From the IMG/VR virus record IMGVR_UViG_3300029993_000005, positions 166,111-230,110 of that record: DNA of 64,000 nucleotides; one strand, 5' to 3'. A program made the position numbers and the translations under genes. This document shows, one piece after another, positions 59,372 through 64,000 of this stretch (within the stretch, counting starts at the first letter, position 1; every line of letters begins with the position of its first letter). Below the pieces are notes generated by a model. That model ran no database searches, was not told the origin of the DNA, and saw only the letters and a program-made list of their open reading frames with translations.

Positions 59372-60268
59372 TTATTCATTTATCAACGTTTTCGACCAAA
59401 CCTTAAGTTCCTCTTCTTCGTCATAGTCTTCATCCGCAGCTTCGTCATCTTCATCTTCGTCAGTATCTAGTCCTTCGGCATGAAGAATGTCGGTCATCGG
59501 GTTACACAGCAATTCTTCACCGATAACAGAGAAATCATTAACCAACTGTGACACACCTTCGTATTCAGTAATCAGTTCTTGGGTACCGAACAAGGTGGCA
59601 TAAATATGCTGTTCGGGTGGCATGAAATTCGGACCTTTCTCGACTTTGCCTGTTGCCTCGTTCTTGATAGGCAACCCGTTCTCGTCGAGCTTGGTAAAGT
59701 TCGAACCCATAATACAGGCCAGCATAGACTCCAAAGGAATACCATACTTCAGACTTTCGCTGCGGATGTAGACTACCATGTCACCGAGCCAATCGCCCAA
59801 GGCTACAAGTATCTGGCGCTCGACTTCTGTGGTGCCATCGTCATTGAATTGGAAGCCTGTGCTCTTGTCATGCAGGTAGGCTTTCATGAATGTCTCTGCC
59901 GTGGCCTTAGCACGTTTCGCCGACACGCCGTTGCTGGTCGCCAAATTAGTTACGTCTTGCTCGGTGATGTCCACATTTTCATGTGATGCACGACGGGCCT
60001 GCATCAGGGCTAGAATTTCATGACCCTCGCTGATCTCATCGCTAAGTACACCAAGAAACTTTTGAAGTCTGGCTTCCGGGGGCTCGTTCAGGTATTCGTC
60101 CTTGATCGTCGGGCTTTCGTTGATTGGCAGCGTGTACATTGTGTTCATGCGGACAATGCACCAGGGGAAATACTGGCCGAAAGACAGACCGGTGGCCTGG
60201 AATTCATTGGCCGACGAGCCAACGACGTGGTGATAGGTTTTCAGATCCATGCTATTAATGTTTGTCAT
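59372..60268 (-). CDS. MazG-like / PRA-PH family NTP pyrophosphohydrolase with an acidic tail
   Basis: DEISE..D.LGD.VVY..SNFTKLDENG.P..GKV.KGP.F.PP. Confidence 0.8.
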   Translation of the reverse strand: MTNINSMDLKTYHHVVGSSANEFQATGLSFGQYFPWCIVRMNTMYTLPINESPTIKDEYLNEPPEARLQKFLGVLSDEISEGHEILALMQARRASHENVDITEQDVTNLATSNGVSAKRAKATAETFMKAYLHDKSTGFQFNDDGTTEVERQILVALGDWLGDMVVYIRSESLKYGIPLESMLACIMGSNFTKLDENGLPIKNEATGKVEKGPNFMPPEQHIYATLFGTQELITEYEGVSQLVNDFSVIGEELLCNPMTDILHAEGLDTDEDEDDEAADEDYDEEEELKVWSKTLINE

Positions 60269-60330
60269 CTTTGTTTCTCTTGTTGGGAAGGGTGATTGGT
60301 ACTCTAACTTTCTTGCTGCTGGTTATAAGA

Positions 60331-60573
60331 CTAAGATTGAATATTCGCAGTTACGTAGTCGATAACCTCTTGAACATTACTGAACTTTTCTGCCTCCTCG
60401 TTATTGACCTCTAGTTCGAATTCATCCTCAATAGCTATCAAAAGTTCGAGCTCGTCTAGGCTGTCGATACCCAAGTCATTGACGAAGTTTGAGGTTGGAA
60501 GAACTTCATAGATAGCTAGTCCTAGCTGTTCAGCTACGATGTTGATGACCCGATCCTGAATACTAGTTTCCAT
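60331..60573 (-). CDS. acpP: Acyl carrier protein (canonical DSL)
   Basis: RV..IVAEQLG..F.NDLGIDSLD.LELLIAIEDEF. Confidence 0.93.
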   Translation of the reverse strand: METSIQDRVINIVAEQLGLAIYEVLPTSNFVNDLGIDSLDELELLIAIEDEFELEVNNEEAEKFSNVQEVIDYVTANIQS

Positions 60574-60633
60574 TTGTTTATCCTTTAGTTGACTTTATTT
60601 ACTAGGTGTCCTATGCATCAATCAGTTTCGCAC

Positions 60634-60951
60634 TTAGGCTGTCGATACCCAGGTTGCTGCAGTCTTCATATCGGCTAGGTCCTGGCCGGTGAAACCTCCT
60701 ATCTGGATTGGAATCGTCCCTGTAAGTCCACTGAATGTTATGGTCTGTAGTTGTTGAATTTTCAAATGCTTAACTTCGGCTACAGATTTCCCGTCTTTCA
60801 AAAATACAAGGTTAACAACCGGCTCGTCATTAACTTCAGACTGACGATACTGGACGCTCAAGCTATCGAACGATATTTGCATTTTGGATTTCAACTCAGA
60901 TTCGGCTGAAAGTTGAGCTAGTCCTGCTCCGGTTATAGTCGGGGATATCAT
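60634..60951 (-). CDS. Hypothetical protein
   Basis: ORF in a packed operon. Confidence 0.6.
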   Translation of the reverse strand: MISPTITGAGLAQLSAESELKSKMQISFDSLSVQYRQSEVNDEPVVNLVFLKDGKSVAEVKHLKIQQLQTITFSGLTGTIPIQIGGFTGQDLADMKTAATWVSTA

Positions 60952-61391
60952 AGTATTTGTCCATGTCTGGCAAAGAAATGCTCTACGCGGTTGAGCCAGA
61001 CTTGACGATCTGACAAATGATTTGGTTGGTCGTTGTCGGCAATCTTAATCGCGGTTCGTTCCCCCGCAATCCCGCGAATACCAAACAAAATAGTAGTCTC
61101 TACTAGACTTATTTTGAAAACGCAGGCTAGTGCTTCAAAACCGGATAAATACTCACCATTAACTATGCAATAAGGTTTCCCCCGAACATGTCGTTTAAGT
61201 CCACGATCATTAAACAAGGGATTAACTGCAAGTGTACCAGCGGCACAGGCCAAGGTGCGACACGGGTCAACCATGTGGGGCTGACACCATTTCTCTAGGT
61301 CGATATCCTCGTCAGATGTAGTCTTGATTAGGGCATAAGCATCTCGAAACAAATCCCAGTCAATGTCCTCAGTATCGCGATAATCTTTCAT
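60948..61391 (-). CDS. Hypothetical protein
   Basis: C.T.ACAAG pattern seen in small phage proteins. Confidence 0.65.
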   Translation of the reverse strand: MKDYRDTEDIDWDLFRDAYALIKTTSDEDIDLEKWCQPHMVDPCRTLACAAGTLAVNPLFNDRGLKRHVRGKPYCIVNGEYLSGFEALACVFKISLVETTILFGIRGIAGERTAIKIADNDQPNHLSDRQVWLNRVEHFFARHGQIL

Positions 61392-61403
61392 GTCAAATAT
61401 CCT

Positions 61404-61682
61404 TTAAACAATATTTAGATTCAAATCTCTGATACGTAAGTTTACCAGTTGCTTGTTCACCTCGGATACTAAATCTTTGACCCTTGATTCCGGAGTAAAC
61501 AATTTTTCGTCAATCGGGACTTGAAGTTCGCGCTCTACGGTAAGAGCTAGGTCCAGAATATGGAGAGCATCCAAACCCAAACTCTTGAATGTAGAATCCA
61601 GTGTGGCTGCGGAAACACCGAATGCTATGCCAGCCACGGTGTCAAACACGTAGGCTGCAAGTTCTTGATTGGTCATGACCAT
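61404..61682 (-). CDS. ACP-fold protein lacking the phosphopantetheine Ser (LGLDAL)
   Basis: F.SLGLDALHILDLAL.VE.ELQV.I..V.DLV; the codon at the Ser position is GCT. Confidence 0.75.
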   Translation of the reverse strand: MVMTNQELAAYVFDTVAGIAFGVSAATLDSTFKSLGLDALHILDLALTVERELQVPIDEKLFTPESRVKDLVSEVNKQLVNLRIRDLNLNIV

Positions 61683-62014
61683 TCCTTAGTCATTATTACG
61701 CTGGGGTTTCTTCCCCACCCGTTATAACAGTCTTCAATAATTGCTGTTTTTACGTCGATCCACGCTTTCGACCAGTCCCAAGCAATACCATAAGCTTTAA
61801 CTGTGTCTCCGGTGTAGAAGCCGGAAGTCACCACACCAGTTATGTCCAAAGAGTAGTCATAATTCTCGGGACACAAATTAGAAAAACGCAGGACCTCGAT
61901 TTCTGAATAGTTGGTCTCTGACGGATTAGAGTACACATAAACTAAAGAAAACGAGTTGACTCCATTTTCAGTAGTCTTTATGAGATGAACATCGGTGTAC
62001 TGAATTGATAACAT
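61673..62014 (-). CDS. Hypothetical protein
   Basis: ORF in a packed operon. Confidence 0.6.
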   Translation of the reverse strand: MLSIQYTDVHLIKTTENGVNSFSLVYVYSNPSETNYSEIEVLRFSNLCPENYDYSLDITGVVTSGFYTGDTVKAYGIAWDWSKAWIDVKTAIIEDCYNGWGRNPSVIMTKEWS

Positions 62015-62016
62015 GA

Positions 62017-62268
62017 TCAGTCTTTGTCCTTACCTTCAATCAGTTTGAAATTCAGATCCGGATCGTCAACTAAATTCTTGATTGCTGCAGATACCCGTCC
62101 AGCTTTCTCAAAAGGAATGGTAATACCGTTACGACCTATTTTCCAGTCATCCGGTTCTTTCTTAGTCTTGTAGATTTGGCGGATTGAAATACGCTTGGAT
62201 CCATCTTCGAATTTGATGGCCTCGATTCTGAGTCCCGAACTCGGCGTTATTGCAAGTATTTTTGCCAT
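62017..62268 (-). CDS. PC4/p15-like ssDNA-binding protein
   Basis: ISIRQIY..DWKIGRNGITIP. Confidence 0.75.
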   Translation of the reverse strand: MAKILAITPSSGLRIEAIKFEDGSKRISIRQIYKTKKEPDDWKIGRNGITIPFEKAGRVSAAIKNLVDDPDLNFKLIEGKDKD

Positions 62269-62328
62269 GGTTGTTTTCTCTATTTCTAATTTTGAACTAA
62301 ACCCGATAGAACTCAGCTAAAGGTTTAC

Positions 62329-62520
62329 CTACGAGTTAGGAGGTCTTTGCTCCTTAACTTTTAAGGCTCCCGGTCCCGCGTACTCGGCGCGGCCGGGTAG
62401 AGACTCCCAAGAGTTACCGTTCCTGATGGGCTCATACTCGCTCCAGTACCAGCTATCCTGGTCGTACTGGAATAGCCATTCAGCCCAATTCGGGGCATTA
62501 GTCCAACTTGGTTTGTCCAT
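62329..62520 (-). CDS. Small Trp-rich phage hypothetical protein
   Basis: W..APNWAEWL..D..WYW..EP. Confidence 0.7.
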   Translation of the reverse strand: MDKPSWTNAPNWAEWLFQYDQDSWYWSEYEPIRNGNSWESLPGRAEYAGPGALKVKEQRPPNS

Positions 62521-62548
62521 AAAATTCTCCGTAACGTTGAGGCTATGC

Positions 62549-62998
62549 TCAGACCAGGATATGGTTGTTATATCTATGTCGCAAGTAGGCTTCGCGACCG
62601 AAGGTCTCCATAGGTGCCCGCTGTTTTACTAAAGATTCATCAATCAGCACATAACAGGAGTCAATGACAGCCGTGCTTGGAATGGAAAATCCGTTAGAAG
62701 CCTTCAACCCGATGTTCCATACTAAGGCTTGATCGCCATAAGTGTCAAATCCTAATTTGGTGTGAGCATAAATAGGCTGGGCCTCGGGTGCGGATGAGGG
62801 AAACCTAAAATCTTGTTGGTGCTTAGGCACCTTCAACACACGTTCTGTTTCTACTACCTTGATGTAGTTAAGGTGCTTGATTACCGGATACGGCAGACTA
62901 TAGTGATGGACAATAGCCGGAACTCCGGATCCATCTAGTATCATCACGTGCTGTTCGTTACTCAATAGTTGCACGACTTCGGAAGTGTGTGAAATCAT
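62549..62998 (-). CDS. Hypothetical protein
   Basis: ORF in a packed operon. Confidence 0.6.
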   Translation of the reverse strand: MISHTSEVVQLLSNEQHVMILDGSGVPAIVHHYSLPYPVIKHLNYIKVVETERVLKVPKHQQDFRFPSSAPEAQPIYAHTKLGFDTYGDQALVWNIGLKASNGFSIPSTAVIDSCYVLIDESLVKQRAPMETFGREAYLRHRYNNHILV

Positions 62999-63004
62999 AG
63001 CTGT

Positions 63005-63403
63005 CTAGTTATTGATGAACTTCATTGCTCGCATACGGGCATGCATAGCTTGGCGGAAAACATTTGGGCTTACATCATCCCCGTAAGTTGGCCATTGACA
63101 ACCGAGAAAGAAATGAGCAAAAGCATCTAGTAAGCAATCTACAGTCTCTGTATCTTCTCCGTAATAAGCTAGTTTGATTCGTGCATGAGGATATAAGCTT
63201 ATAATACCTCGCATCTGGACTTCCGTCAGATTAAGTCCTACATTTTCCTGGAAAGTCTCGGATGCAAAAACAATATCAGCAGTACTTAATTCTACATTAC
63301 GATTGTCGAATAAGAAACTATTGATATTCCGGGTTATGTTGAGGAGAACACTAATCTCTTCCTCAGCCTCGTATAAAACTTGGTCAACCGGAATATCAAA
63401 CAT
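63005..63403 (-). CDS. Hypothetical protein
   Basis: GGAAC RBS; F.GCQWPTYGD. Confidence 0.65.
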   Translation of the reverse strand: MFDIPVDQVLYEAEEEISVLLNITRNINSFLFDNRNVELSTADIVFASETFQENVGLNLTEVQMRGIISLYPHARIKLAYYGEDTETVDCLLDAFAHFFLGCQWPTYGDDVSPNVFRQAMHARMRAMKFINN

Positions 63404-63473
63404 GATCTTGTTCCTTATTTACGTTGTGTATTAACTAAGCAGACAGCTAAAACTAATGATGACTAGTTTGATT

Positions 63474-64000
63474 TCAAGCCTCAATCAACAGCTTCAGTAA
63501 GGTATCGCGCTCCCAGAGCCAATGAGATTCAGCTGAATTGGCTGACAGTGCTAACTCTGCTGATGACCATACTGCTGACCAGTAGGCTGAAAGTGCTGAT
63601 GACCATACTGCTGAACCTGTTACTGACCAGTAGGCTGCTGACAGTGCTGAATCTGCTGCTGACCGGACGATATCGAAAGAACCTGCTGCCCGTGCTGAAT
63701 GTGCTGCTTCTTTACGCTGGTCCTCCGTAGCTGTTCCCTCAATCTTTGCCCTGCAATAGTTGATAATCAACTGGAGGGCATCTAGACACTGGACAGCGTA
63801 GTCCTCTTTGTTATCTTTTAAGGCCTCCAGCTGCCGTTCGTGACGGGCAACTGCTAATTTCCATTGGACAGGCTCCAAATCCTTCCCTATGGGGATTGCC
63901 TCCAATAAGTCAGTACCAAATTGAGGAGCCTCTATAGCTGGCAAGCCTTCAAAAATAGAGTCAGCCAAATGTGCTAGCCATTGAGGCCTGATTTGTTTGG
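63474..64000 (-). CDS. Hypothetical protein with Ser/Ala-rich repeats; 5' end lies outside the window
   Basis: Frame stays open past 63968 to the edge (KQIRPQWLAHLADSIFEGLP). Confidence 0.75.
   Translation of the reverse strand, partial: KQIRPQWLAHLADSIFEGLPAIEAPQFGTDLLEAIPIGKDLEPVQWKLAVARHERQLEALKDNKEDYAVQCLDALQLIINYCRAKIEGTATEDQRKEAAHSARAAGSFDIVRSAADSALSAAYWSVTGSAVWSSALSAYWSAVWSSAELALSANSAESHWLWERDTLLKLLIEA

Larger units (their letters stand above)
7503..60604. promoter_or_regulatory. Recurrent TAGTAAATA promoter-like motif, upstream of mostly non-structural genes
   Basis: + strand at 7503, 13662, 16154, 18280, 21458 (CAG variant), 29910; - strand at 28030, 56467, 60596; always on the coding strand of the next gene. 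Confidence 0.7.

Overview
This is a 64 kb segment of a large, jumbo-type myovirus genome, with no host-chromosome genes. Two paralogous tail fibres and a six-repeat propeller-like protein lie on the - strand at 1098-6541. A + strand replication/recombination block (174-1097 and 6.6-23.6 kb) encodes a 5'-3' exonuclease, Cas4-like nuclease, DnaX-like clamp loader, SbcC-like ATPase, beta-clamp, UvsW-like helicase, DnaB and a stop-interrupted Dam-like gene. A long - strand morphogenesis block (23.7-55.1 kb) holds the tail tube, sheath, major capsid protein, decoration, scaffold, prohead protease, a 1552-aa SNF2 helicase and neck proteins. A - strand accessory block (55.2-64 kb) has dCMP deaminase, NUDIX, homospermidine synthase, a MazG-like protein, two ACP-fold proteins and PC4. 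The layout recalls Pol III-type jumbo myoviruses such as RSL1 or Y3, but that is from memory and not searched. Best leads: (1) a shared [VIT]-x-A-A-x-R-L-x-A peptide on about 11 unrelated proteins, including two enzymes, possibly a capsid-loading or processing signal; (2) a nuclease gene behind the capsid gene enclosed by nested long-range mRNA helices; (3) a canonical ACP next to a Ser-to-Ala ACP; (4) two recurrent promoter-like motifs that separate gene classes. I found no CRISPR array, tRNA, rRNA or reverse transcriptase. Product calls come from motif recognition by eye; no database search was run.
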